From the NCBI RefSeq assembly GCF_026571515.1, contig NW_026857197.1, positions 1-64,000 of the forward strand: DNA of 64,000 nt, written 5' to 3'. Position numbers and translations under genes: made by a program. The DNA comes from Ruditapes philippinarum. Its lineage: Eukaryota. This document shows positions 49,888 through 63,061 of the stretch, in pieces. The number at the start of each line of letters is the position of its first letter. The first letter of the stretch is position 1. A model generated the notes under the pieces. The model did not search any database, was not told where the DNA came from, and saw only the letters and a list, made by a program, of their open reading frames with translations.

Positions 49888-51165
49888 AAAGTTTATATAT
49901 CGTTTAATCGAGATAACGGAGATATAATTATTAAATGCTCAAGGCATTATGATAAATCATTATGAGCAACACTGTATATAAGACACATGGGTCATTACGA
50001 CATTGACTGAAACGCACCTATAGAACGAGCTAATGGAATTTTCGTGTTGTAACGCTTATATACCTTTAAATTTCAATCTAAACAGATATTTCGTCTATGT
50101 AGCTGTTCTAAAGGCAACCATTTCACGATGCGTATTTTTAACTTAGCTTGTTCTATATATTTATTTTTGACATACGTATGGCGTACGTCACGATTGGTTT
50201 GAGTGCCTTTAGGGACTTATTAAAACTTTTCGCAACAAACATAAATCACAGGAACTTGAAAATGTAATATAGGTACGATTGCATACTACTTTTTGTGAAG
50301 ACTTTTTATGTTTGCTGCATTAAAGTTGTTATGTAAAATGAACAAACATGTCATGAGATATTTTATATCTTTAAACATTTTCATGGAATGTATTTAATGT
50401 ATCATCATATTAAAGTTGCATGCCTTCAGATTAGAAAAATGATTTCAAGGAAATCAAAATATGAAAAGAAAATTCACGGTCAATTCACTGCTTTGAAGCA
50501 TAATCACAAAATAAAATTTCAGGAAATTAAAAACCTTTTTAATACACTAAAGATAGACTTTTATTGTAAATCATAGTCGCAGATTTGAGATATGATTATT
50601 TATTCATATTAACATCATTATTGGCTATATATTGATTAAAAAACCCCGAAAGACACAGTTTGTAAATATTTATTACAATAAGATATGAAAAAAAGGTATT
50701 TTCCATCCTATGCGACGCGCCGATGTTAGCTATATTTATAATTCCCATGCTAAGTCGCGGTGGTGCTTGGGATAATCACTTGATACTGTAAAATTAATGG
50801 TACGAAAATGCCTGGCCCTCCTCGGACAGTTTATCCTGCCTAAAAGATATAAAAAAATACTTGCAATTCAAAGTTTGTTTGCTACATAAATATTATCGAT
50901 TTACTCTTTTTCTCTGCCTGTAATAATATTGATGTGTTTTCATTGGCTTAAATCATCACGTTATCAATACACATGTAGGTGTGAACTAATTTCGTGCTCA
51001 TTAAAATTATTCCGTTAATAGACATATAGCAATCTTATTTACAAATGAATTGATAGAAGCATTTAAGATAATAACAATCATTGGAAAAAAATAAATGCAC
51101 ATAAATTGTAAATTTGTGTATGACAACTCACCCCCTAAACAAAACATAATAGACTCAACCAAAAC

Positions 51166-51225
51166 AAGCGTCTGCTTCTTTACCTAACTATGTAGAAGCG
51201 TCTGCTTCTTTACCTAACTATGTAG
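51166..51225. repeat. Perfect 30-bp tandem duplication
   Basis: AAGCGTCTGCTTCTTTACCTAACTATGTAG x2. Confidence 0.9.
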
Positions 51226-51812
51226 TTGCATGACCATGATTAGCAAAAGCAAACCAAATTTAAGAGCTAAAGCTATTGTAAAAATAATACTATGACCACA
51301 GCAGATTTCGTACAGAAAAGTTTTACTGATCTTTTTGCCAATCAGTACATCTGCTAAATGCTGGTATTCGTAGTACCCCTTACATCCGGATTTTTATGGA
51401 AAATGCCGAAAAGTAAGGATAGACCTCTTGGAGAATTCTTCTAAATGTGTTTAGTACATGTGTGAAACTTCACAAACATTTTACGGACATGTCGGATGAT
51501 ATGACGGGGGTTAATAAACGCCGAAAGAGCTTGTAAAATTAACAGAAGATAGAAAAGTTCGGGGAAATTTGGGGAGGCATGCGTTAAACGTTCTCATTAA
51601 TGAAAAGAAAACACAGCATCAATACAGTATATTGTTTATGTACATAATCATATAAAAGAAACCAAAAGATCTACCGGATATACATGTAGCAATTTCAGCA
51701 TTTTTCCTGGAAAATAGAAATTATAGAATTTGTTAAGTTAAACTGACATTTGAATCGACAAGTGGTTCGATTTTTAAAAATAAAGAGAATATATAAATAC
51801 AATTAATTAATT

Positions 51813-51875
51813 AATTGGATTGATTGGTTGATTGGTTTATTGGTTGGTTGATTTATTGATTGATTGATTGATTGA
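51813..51875. repeat. (ATTG/GTTG)n microsatellite
   Basis: Imperfect tetranucleotide run just 3' of the Cvsi-like gene. Confidence 0.85.
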
Positions 51876-52004
51876 TCTGTTCATGTTCAATTTCTTTCAA
51901 ATAAAACATTTCGAACAACATGCAGAATTTAGAAAATAAAGTATCAAGTATTTTTAATTGGTGTCAGGACTTGTTTTAATTTGTTATAAAGATAAATACC
52001 TGAT

Positions 52005-53580
52005 TTAATAACACGTGCATATATTGTCCACACAGTGCCAGCTCTGGTATCGGTTTGGACATCTTTTACCCAGGTTTAAACAATCGTCACGTGTCTGACA
52101 TCCTACGGAGTACAATAATGGAAATCAAAAAATGTACATTGTATCAGCAAATATTGAGCGTTTGCAGAGGCAATAATAGAAAGTTTCAATAATATGGATA
52201 CAACATTTTAGCCATCAAAGAACTGCAATATTAGTCTTAAGTTTCTCTCCACCTCCCTCCCATTCCCCAGGTTCCCTAGTAACAGATGGTCAGTATAGTA
52301 ACCAATGGGCCGTACTTCTAAAACTATAGTCCGTAGAAACCTAGGTTTGGAACCAATGTACAACTATGTAAAACGTGTCAAGATCAGCAGTTCATTCGTT
52401 AGCCAGATAATCGTGACCATTATTTAGTTTTATAAAAGGTTGCCCCGTAAATTCACTTCATGCTTGCAGTATTGTTATATTTTTCTGGTCCTTTGGGATC
52501 ATTGATTCCAGCAGTATAAAGTGTTGAGAATAGAGTACCGCTCAAGCGAGTGCTAGGAGGCGTGAATGGTGTAGCAATATTCCATTAATCATGTACAGAC
52601 TCAATCAAACCGGGTCTGCATTTTTCATGTAATTTTGTTGTGATTAATGCTTCGGAGGGATCGCTTTGTTTCCGGATTATTATATACACTGCTGCTATCA
52701 AATTTTGAAGAAATATCTTCTTTTTTTCTCCAGCCGTATTATAAATTCGTTATTAAGATTGTTTATAGGTTATATTGCCATATATAAATGGTGGTTTGTA
52801 TGTACGAGTAACCGTTTATAAATATAGAGCCATATAACGTACCAAAAATCTTTATAATAACTAATAATATAAACAAACAACAAAAGATTCACTTTTACAT
52901 ATAATTAGCTTCTTTTGCTGACTTAATAAGACTGTCCTTCTAAACATAATGGAAATATTTTAATTGTAACGTACTGTCTGGTATTGGTGAGCACGTGCAC
53001 TCCTGGCGTTCACAGATAAGATTACTTCCGTTAGCACACAATGTTATCTGGCAGTCCATTGGTCCAACGCAGCGTTCTGCGTATATAACTGAAAACAACA
53101 CGACAGTAGCTAGAATTATTGTCTAGATAAAACAGTTGTTTAAAAGTAATTGCAAATTAAATTACATGTACAATTATGTAAAATTTATCAAGCTTTACAC
53201 GAGTTTATAGTGCACAAATCATTTTAAAACCCCTGTCAGAGGCAACATTCCCGCTTACGGATGGGGCATAACATGTGTTATTTTGGCGCCACAAAATAAA
53301 ACTATATGGTGCCAGGTAACAACAATGATATGGATCCGCGGGAACAGGGAGAAGAAATCATTCAACGGATTTATATTACAAAATCGGGCTGGAGTTTCAA
53401 CTAAACAACTGACTTGCGCATTATTAGTCATATTAAAAATCCCTTATCGGACACTTCATGGAAGTAATGCAATTGTTTTATTTGATAATAAAATGTCGAG
53501 CATTTCATGACAGTAAACAACAAAAGTCAATACTTACGGACAGCGGCAAAAGCCAGCACTGCTGCGATGACGATTTTCAT
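52005..53580 (-). CDS. Secreted 12-Cys serine protease inhibitor, Cvsi-1/Cvsi-2-like (MEROPS I84), 84 aa, 3 exons
   Basis: Exons 53580-53538, 53088-52975 and 52102-52005, with phase-1 introns GTAAGT..TTTCAG and GTACGT..CCGTAG. Protein: [84 protein letters not shown]. It has a signal peptide and two 6-Cys modules ending in CTC, plus the HCVD motif. Confidence 0.88.
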
Positions 53581-53599
53581 TCTTAAATGTTCTTGTACG

Positions 53600-53640
53600 A
53601 AATGAGACACTCCGTTACATTGCCAGCTATTTATTCATTG
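53600..53640 (-). promoter_or_regulatory. Candidate TATA/Inr core promoter of the Cvsi-like gene
   Basis: On the minus strand, AATAAATAG lies ~25-30 nt upstream of TCATTT, which lies ~20 nt before the ATG. Confidence 0.35.
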
Positions 53641-54191
53641 AAACTTTGTGAAGTAATGTTATTTCATACAAAGCTATAATGCAAAGTTATACAACACATA
53701 TCAGGAATATAATCTTGCTTATACAATCATATACAATACTTTGCAACTATACCATGAAATTATGTTCGTTTGTGATAAGTCACACCTATACGAATAAGAT
53801 CTCGGGTTATCATTAGTGGGCTGCATCAATAAGTTGGCACAACTATTCTTTTATTTGGGGACCATGCATGATACGAAAGGGTCATAATGCATATTTCATT
53901 ATCATACGTACAGACGTACAGACACATCTTCGGATGTATCTAAAGTTATGTTTATGTTCTACTTCAGTCGTCGTTATGGAGCGTAAACGATATAAGGCGG
54001 TAACCATTGTTAAGGAGCGTAGACTTTTAACAGTTCGTGAACAGGCTCTGCAACAGCTATAAGTTTCTGATTTTAGGCGTTATTAAAGGTTTCCGTATAT
54101 ATTTATCTATACAAACTGATATGGCTGACATTAGTAACAAGAATGTGGGAATCATTTGTACGTTTCCTGATATGACACCAGTACTGGTTAA

Positions 54192-54768
54192 GGCCGCTAT
54201 TCCATTTATACGTGATCAGTGGTCCGCGTCAGTGATCCGTGTCCGGGCATGTCCGTGGGTACATAGGTACGTTATTTTCTATATACTTTTAATTGAAGTA
54301 TAGCGAACAGAGGATAATTATTTGTAGAAAATGATATAATTTCATTCTAATACCAAAAACAGTTGTAACATCAAAGAATTAGGTAACAAACATTGAATAT
54401 CAGTTAGGCTTTCAAATAACATCTCTTTAGCAATCGATGACCAGATGTTGTTTTTTTTTAATCTGTCATTGCTGCATCATAAACTTATATGTTCTCCTAC
54501 ACTATTTTGGTGACTTCTTTAGTATTTTCTTTCGAAATCGATAAAGTATTTAATTTCGTTTGAGGCATTTTGTAGGGATGAGACATGTCAGTGACTATCC
54601 GCGTCCGTAAAAAATCGCTCATCCTGCGAAACGTCGCGGATGCCGTCGCGGAAGCGGATGGTAAACGGACAAAAGGAATAGATTCAACGTATTCTTTGAT
54701 TAGCGAATCGGTAACGGATGCGGATGACGGACGCGGACCACTGATCACGTATAAATGTAATAGCGGCC
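54192..54768. mobile_element. PIF/Harbinger-type MITE
   Basis: TAA|GGCCGCTATTCCATTTATACGTGATCAGTGGTCCGCGTC ... GACGCGGACCACTGATCACGTATAAATGTAATAGCGGCC|TAA. Confidence 0.85.
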
Positions 54769-54771
54769 TAA

Positions 54772-55519
54772 GGCCTCAACAGACGGTAGGATTTAGTTGT
54801 ACACCACTAATTAGAGATAACAGGGTCTTTCCAATTGAAAGACCCTGGAGATAAGATGTACACTTTTCAAAGCAATACAACACTTGCATTCAGACCGTAA
54901 TTCTGCATTGTATGAATCATCTGAGGTTTCCCTAAAAACAGTTCCCTCCCAATTGATCCCTTACATACTTTACTCACTAAATTTTTTTTTCTCCATGAGT
55001 AATGATTGAAACACCTCCATTTAAACAAAATCAAAACACTCTATAATTGTCAAAGGGCGAGATTAATGTGCAGCCGGACCGAGACTACATGTAGAACGTG
55101 GGACTCTCGAAATACGGTACTGTGGCTCTAGTGACTGAGCTATCCGGACGCCTTCAAACTACCTCTTCCGATTAGAGATCAGTTAAATACTGTTACATTA
55201 TCATTTTCGGAATAATTATGCATTCGAACATATCATAACTTTAGGTCTCCTGAAAAGTTTTTCAACATCATTTTTACCCCATCTTACTACTGTTTACTTT
55301 GTAGCCCCAGTCGTTCTGGAATTTCATTCATTCCACAAATTATCAGGGGGTAATTGGGAAATATGTCATCTGTCATTGTGGGAAGTCTGTACAGATAGAA
55401 CATGTCCTATCCTGTAAATCTAGTATTAAGTTGTATGAATTCTCCACACATTAAGATTTGCCTGTTCATCTTAGTTTTAATTGGTGTTGTACTGCAAAAT
55501 CCTACCGTCTGTTGAGGCC
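54772..55519. mobile_element. Second Harbinger-like MITE abutting the first
   Basis: TIRs GGCCTCAACAGACGGTAGGATTT / AAATCCTACCGTCTGTTGAGGCC. Its left flank TAA is shared with the neighbouring MITE. Confidence 0.75.
55048..55197 (-). mobile_element. Solo tRNA-containing LTR (homolog of 22608-22733)
   Basis: Minus strand TGTAACAG..GGAAGAGG..CGGATAGCTCAGTCACTAGAGCC..GGTCCGGCTGCACATT..CCCTTTGACA. Flanks TAAT/TTAT look like a 4-bp TSD with one mismatch. Confidence 0.6.
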
Positions 55520-58500
55520 TTTACACACAGTTTCAAGCGGGGTTCGCTTTTATTACAAATACAGTACTACTGTAACAAGTTACATCTAAGACTGAGGTAG
55601 TCTGTTAATTTTGTTGGATTGACGGCGTATCAACACAATTCAGGAACAGGACAGATAATTTTGGCTAACCTGGGTGTTACAAACTTAAGAAACACCAGGG
55701 GTCAAAACCACCTCACTTGCTGGAGTTAAAACATGCATAGACTACAGTAATTGGAACCCTTTTTAGTCGCCTCTTACGATCACGCAGGGATAAACAATTG
55801 CTGCAATTTTGATGCCCCAATCTTTTTTGGCAAATTCCTCAGTAACTAGGGATGCGCTAGTCTATAGAAGGACAAAAACACTGACTACATTCATAATATA
55901 CTTATTTTACTCTCTGAATCTTCAACAAATGAAATAAACAATAAATATTTCATAATTAATCTATGTAATATACATAACATGAAAATTATATAAAATCTAC
56001 ATATTTTTGAGAAAAAAAAACAGCATGCAACAGAAATTCTGATAATAGAAAAAGTATATATTTAAATGAATACAAAAGTACAGACATGATTAACAAATAT
56101 AAATAACACAATGAAGAAAAGTAACACAATATATAAAGTTACATACTGGACCTCTCAAGTGTTTTCAATTTAATACAAATAAACTTACTCCGAAATTAAT
56201 ATTTTAGGTATTCCACAGCAAATCCAGGGGGGAGGGGGGTTACAAATTAAACACACTAATGTACGGTTACAGCTATGAAAAAAAGCGCAACAGGTTGGCC
56301 CAGTACTAGTGCACCGTAAAATTATAACGGTAAAAGTACCAGGGTATTAGCTTGGAAAAACCAAGTTCTAGCGTTAACAGTTGTATCCAAGTTCGCATGG
56401 ACCTTCTTAGTGTTTACAATTTAATGCATATTGGTCGAATAGCTAACTAATTGCAAGCACCTAGTCTAGTTTAAACTGTACACAGCACTTTGTAGGAATT
56501 TTCCTCTGGCAGAAGTTGAATTTCTTTTAGCTAAATCAATGTAAATTCATCCTATATTCAACATACATTTGTAATTTGTTTGTGTATCATTTGGCAAAGG
56601 TAAATAACTATATATAGCACTCTCACAAAATGTGTCATGATGCTATGTTATAATATTTATGCAATATTTATATATATAATTGCATTATCTTTATCAAGCA
56701 ATTTGTCAAGTTTAAAGTCGCAACGTCACTGTTGAAGTTCCAGCTTTATTTGTGGAGGAAGTGGGCAGAGTTTGGACTTTCAAACATAAGCCCCGTGCAT
56801 TGTTTCATGCACCTTAGGTTAGACCTAATGAATTTTTTGCAAGCTTGCTGGGAAGCTTCTATAAGTAGAAGAATCTGAAATCCCTGGTAATTTTCAAAAC
56901 AATTGCGGCAAGAAGCAAGTTATTTTAAGATCATAGTAGACAATGTTGCATGCATTAATGTATTACAACAAAATTCATACACAAGATAAATTTAGCAAAA
57001 TTTAAAAAAGCTAACAATTACATAAGTATGAACACAAATATTTAAACTTTAACTTGATACTGGTTTAAATAGGGCAGATGATTTTGTTTTCCAATGATTA
57101 AATTTATTAATAATCGAAAAAAGTAAAACTATCACATGCCAAATGCAACCTTGGACACACCAAATTCTGAACATCAAATTAATAAAGATATTATTACAAA
57201 TGTTGTCAGTTGGTTTCCACTTAATTTATAAAACCTTATCACTAAACATTTTCAGAATTGACAAAAAAAAGTTGTTTTAGTATCATGTATAATACATGTA
57301 TATAATCATTTTCAACTCGGACAATGTCATGTATTAAATTTCACTCTAAAAATCCAGCTTTACAATTCAAAATCAAAAATATTATTCCCCAAAAATCATG
57401 AATTATTTCCCCTTCAATACAAAATCCTCTTATTTTCAATTTTCAAAATCCAGATTTATTTTGTTAAATTTCCCCATATATTCTGCTAAATAACTATTGA
57501 TTATTGTAAATCGTGAACTGATACACTTTGTCTATACAAAAAACAGGATAGTTCATTCATTTTGTTCAATATAAATTTTTTTTGGAATTATTTATGCAGG
57601 AATAAAATATATTATTAACAATGTTTATCAATTTATTTTTATATTTTGAAATGTGTCATTAAGTAATAATAATTATGTACTTACTAGAAAAGTCATTGAC
57701 CTATATAATACATGTATATGTATTTATGCCAGGGAAATTAAAAACACAAATGAACTAGAAATGTGCCAAAGGGACATGGATGCTCTGGACAACATTTCCC
57801 TGTTTTTTTTTTGATAGTTTACAGACCGAAAACTTAACAGAGGGACATGGGCAAATCTATTACAACATTCTCTTATGGGGGGGACATAAAAATCAGCAAA
57901 TACACAATATTTCTAATAATGCGCTGTTAAAAAGCTGAAAATAAATATGTGCGAAAGAAAGAATTTTATATGTTGTAAGAACATTCACATTTTTTTTTTA
58001 TGTTTAAAATGGTCGACCATTTTTGAAGTAACAATTTCACAATAATACAAAACACATCAAGATTTTCACAGTAAAAAGGTAATATTTAGATTTGAAACAG
58101 AAAATCTAAGACTACATGTATAAAAATCAATCAAAAGTCAAATCACGATAAACTCAATCATGCTTGTATGAGGGAACACATTTAAAATATACCTCAGGCA
58201 AGTGTGCAATTCATCACAGGTTGAATCTGGGATATACGATAACTTATCGTATGTCCCAGGTTGAATGCTATACACAATCAGAATAATAATTTCACTCTTG
58301 GCCATGTAGATTCAAATTCTGGGCTAGCCATTGTTTTCTTAAGCAGATTTTTTCAATACTGGTTGGGTCCAGAAATGATGTTTATATATATATAGCTTCC
58401 TACACAATATAGTATGAATTATGGTTGTTGCTTTAACCAACCTCTGGAAATACAACATTCAACTGGTCTATACAGATTTAAATAACATTATAGCAGTCAG

Positions 58501-59236
58501 TTTTCGGGTCCTAAATAATAAAATGTATAATTCGTATTTCCAATGCTTAAAGTTTGTAAAATTTTGTTTGAATTTTGAAAAATAATAATTCTAAAATTCC
58601 TGTATGAAAGCAATATGTAGGTACATTCCCTTTTGAGCAAATAGTGTGGTCTACATCTTTTAAAAGACAAGACTGGACAATATAACCTTTAATGACAAGT
58701 GGCTTTTGCCTTTATAAGAAAGGTATGTTTTGCCTTTATTGACCAGTGTCTTTTCCCTTTGTTTATTGATAACTGGCTTTCACCTTGTATAAGAACTATT
58801 TTTTGCCTTTAACGGAAAGAAGTGTTTTGTCTTTATTAACATTTAGCTGGATAGCTTCCAACGTCATGAAAAAATTCAAAGTTGCTGGTGAGATTTGAAC
58901 CAAAAGTGGTAAGGGGCAAGTGTTTATTTCTTCAAATGTAAAAATATCTGATCAAATTTGTAGTTCTCTGACTGTCTCTCATATGATTGTAGGATTTCCT
59001 TAGATTGTCAGATCACAGACGTAAAAAATACTGCACAATCGTAATTGTGCGTAAAAAGTCACTCAGTACGTACATCACAACTCAATTAAATGCCAATTAG
59101 CATCTAGTATTTCTATAGAATTATCACATTGTAGTACTTAGTACTGTTTTGTAACTGCCATCTTTAATTTCTATGGAGTGAAAACTGTTCCACTGCTCGA
59201 TAACCAAACTATATAAAATGATTTTTGCTGGAATCG

Positions 59237-62200
59237 CTATGTAATTTTAAATCTTTCTCGACGCTTTATTATCCATTCTGCATTAGGATTCACTTTATAC
59301 AGTGTTAACATATTTGTGTTGTGTGGTAAACAGCGTTCACCAATGTTGCCGCCCACTTCAAACAGGAACGTGTCATCCCCAGCGGACTGGTAATTTCTCG
59401 GATCATTGTAGATAGGTCCATGTTGTGTTTTCCCGACATCAGAGTTTTCATTTCTGAAAGAAACATTAACTTTAAATTGGCCATGGAGGTACAGAGTCAA
59501 GACTTTAATATAAAAATACAGTAAAAATATTTTCTGTTTCATAATCCTTATTTCATTAAAAATGACAAAAAGTATCTTAGTTTATACTCTTAATCAAATT
59601 TGTATATTGGACATGGCATGCTTTAAAATTGAAAAAATGCATCAAGAGTTTGAGGGAATAAATCAGTATCAATATTTTCAAACTGTGTACAGTCTGACCA
59701 GATGGAGCAAGCTGACATGGCTCTATAACTAGTGATAAAACAATGTCAATATTACTACCTTTAACACAGGTAAGATTAACCACATTATTTTCCATTTCTA
59801 TGCCATAAAATTACTAACCCAGCATTTGCTGAACCCTGAATGACCTTGAACTTGGCTACAACATCTCCTGCTGTCATATTGTTGTCCAGCTGTAGAGCAG
59901 TACTGCTCTTGGTCAGGTTAGGAGCTTGAATCCGTATCACACCATCCTGAAAGTCTGCCTATAAATAGAAATTATGCCTATAAATAAAAATCTTTAAATA
60001 GTAATTATGCCTATAAATAGACTTCCTCATCTGTCTATGCATAGATATCATACCTGTAAACAAATCCTGCTATAATGATATAAAACGTCTGGGTATAAAA
60101 TTAATACAAAGCTTGCCTATATACAGTCAAACCTGTAATGTCACCTCTCTCCAGTGGTCATCTGACCTGAACTGCCATTTTGTAACATGCTCAAAGAAAA
60201 TTGCTCTACTTTATACATTTGTACAGTGGTCACTTGCTGCCCGCGGTCAAAAGCCACTAAAACTGTTTTCCGAATCTGAAGCTTGGCTGTTTTAAGCAGT
60301 TAGCGAAGTTTGAAACAGCCAGACTATCTGCTGCTTTTTTTCAAAGATGACAGGAATCAGAGATTAACAAAAACTACATGTCGCGTGCCTGATATAAACA
60401 CCGGTCACAAAGAAATTTGCATAATGGCACATCCCAGTCATCGTTATAACAAATGAACAATTCTGATTGGATTATCTGCATGCACTTGTATATAAATAGA
60501 AAATTTACCTATTAGGGAAAATACATTCAACATGATAAATCAATATCACCATTCAACACAATAGATTTCTTTAGTTATTTTTGATGTCACATTGTCTTAA
60601 TCTTTGAAATAATGGCATCATTTGATGGCAATTCTAGCAAGTTAATTTGATGCCAATTCTATCAAGTTGAACATTTCACATCATCTGGCAGTAGAACAGC
60701 ATGCTTGACTATTCTCAGTACTTGATAGTAAAACAAAAACCTGGATGATGTAGAATTTTCTAAGTTCAAAAAGGGCCATAATTATGCCTTGGATAGTGCC
60801 GTCCTGTTATGCTCTAAAGTAAATATGTGGAGTGCCCTCTGTTATACCCTCAAATAAACGTGTGAAGTTTAAACACATATTCCCTTCAGTTGTGTTGGAG
60901 AAAACAACCTGCATGCAAAACTTTACCAAAGTGTGACAGCAACACCAATACCTTTGTGAGTACAGTAGCTCTCCCTTTATTCTTTGAATAGTCAAGCTTA
61001 AAACACAAAGATCTGTTCATTGAAACTTATACTTGGTAAATGAGCCTAATACGTCATGAATATATCTAATCTTGATATTAAGAATTACTTGTGAGCTGTT
61101 TAAAAATTATTTGTTTTAATAGTATAATTGTATACCTCATGTTTTAATGCTGGTTTTTTGTATACTTCACTCTTGTCTTTCTTTGATAACAAACCCTTCA
61201 TTTTCTGTAAATATAAAATCAATTTTAATATGCTGCTGATCTCCAGTGAGTAAACGATTTTAAAAAATCCCAAACTATACAAAAAAACATAAATAAAATA
61301 TGATACATGTATTGACAATACATCGATGGTCACACAGTCATGTGGTAAACACAACCAAAGTTATCACATTGATCACCCTTATGAGAGGGTATTATTTTTT
61401 TATGGGTTTTATGTCACACAAATACTGTAAAAGTCATAAGGCAAATTTCAAGCTTTACCTCTATGTGCAAATATTTCAGGCACAAATAGGCACCCCGAGT
61501 TAAGAACCAACCAATGATGTTACGTAAGCTTGCTGGCTAGCTTCCCCACATGAAATAATCTAGACGTCCCTAGCATTTGAAACCACAGTGGTTTTGGGGT
61601 TAAAATGGACTGAAGGCTTAAACCTCTTGGCTTCAGGTGTCACTCAAATTTTAAGAAGTTTGAAAAATATTTTGACTTACTTTATCACAGTGAATAATAA
61701 CATTATGACATTTTTTCTGCTTGCGGCAGATCACAAAATGTCACATTGTATTGGCACAATATTTATGCAATGCATTTGTATTGTATCATATCATACTAAC
61801 ATAAGTCATTTAGCTATTTTTAGACAAATGAAAGAAATGCTTACGCTTTTATTATCCTTGTTTTTACGAAGAGTTTCAAGTTCATACGTTCTTCTTACCA
61901 AGGACATGAGGTAGGTGGGAACCTACAAATACAAACATAAAATTACATATTGCACATGTGTAATAGAACAGTGACAATTTAAAATAGTTAACTACATAAG
62001 AAAAGAACTAGGTGATGTTCCCCAAATAGTTTTCGAACACAGAGAAGTCGTTTCTTGTTGATATCTCTCATAGTTGCAAAGTTTAAAGAGCACATTTTGA
62101 CATAATTACCAATGAAATTCACATGTAAAATGCAAATTTTTTCCAGTGTACAGTTAAAATTATTCCCTCCTTCAGTCTTATCACTTAAGTTTTTACAGTA

Positions 62201-63061
62201 ACTATAATCACTCTAAAAGTTTGTATTATATAATAACTTACTGTCCACAATATACCCCTATAGCGTATCAACATCTTCATAATATTAGAGGTATTAGCTG
62301 CCATTTTGATTTCAATATCCCAAACTGCCTTGTTCTTGGCAGGATTAGAGCCCCGTACTTTAGGTGCCATGAATAAATTAGGTGCCATTATCATGGCTAC
62401 ATTGTTTAAACTCATTTTATTGGTGTCCTTTTGTTCTATCACTCTTTCCAGGAACTCCAGTAATACCTGAAACATGTAAGTGCCAATAAAGTACCAATGT
62501 ATCAGCCTTAATAGTCTTCCGGCACTAGCCTAGCAATTTAGATTGGAATAGAAAGTACTTAAAAATTGTTTAAAAGCATACATTATGAATACAACAGTAT
62601 TTTGTACATGTGCAACATGATAAAAGTTCTATGTCAGTTTTACAATATTTAAAACATTAAAATTTTTATGTCTAACTGTACAATATGTAAAACGTGAAAA
62701 ATTTATGTCTCCTGAAAAATATGTGAAACATTATTCATTTCTGTCTGATGAAAATATGTGGTAGGTGAAAAATGTATGTCTATGAACAGTATGTGAAACA
62801 TTATTTATTTCTGTCTACTGTGCAATATTATACAATTATTGACTAGTGTGCCATTGAATATGATGTGATATTCACCGGCAGATGTCATATTGACCGGCAG
62901 ATGTCATATTGACCGAGGCAATAGCAGAGGTTTATTTTTTTTTATTTTTTTTTTTTTCCAAAATATTTTCATACTCACATTAAGTGTGTCTCTATGTACA
63001 GTAGGTAATAGTAGAATAAGGAGATTCAAAGCATGTAACTGTTGTTTCTTGTCCGGCAAGT
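59237..63061 (-). CDS. ARHGAP18: Rho GTPase-activating protein of the ARHGAP18/28/40 (conundrum) group, last 6 coding exons
   Basis: Exons 63061-62979, 62466-62242, 61922-61845, 61204-61136, 59958-59819 and 59453-59237 are GT-AG and phase-consistent. Motifs: ALNLLILLLPTVHRDTL, NKMSLNNVAMIMAPNLF, GVIRIQAP, LFEVGGNIGERCL..VNPNAEWIIK. The symbol indicates the family, not strict orthology. Confidence 0.9.

Noticed and set aside
52430-52620. Exon-like stretch inside intron 2 of the Cvsi-like gene
   Set aside because: All three frames after the candidate minus-strand acceptor hit stops quickly, and no motif is recognisable.
54037-54854. ORFs of 83-89 aa within the MITE
   Set aside because: They lie in inverted-repeat arms and show no transposase or other motifs.
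58690-58840. Decayed ~22-bp TTTTGCCTTTAT repeats downstream of the RhoGAP stop
   Set aside because: Ordinary degenerate minisatellite with no evidence of function.
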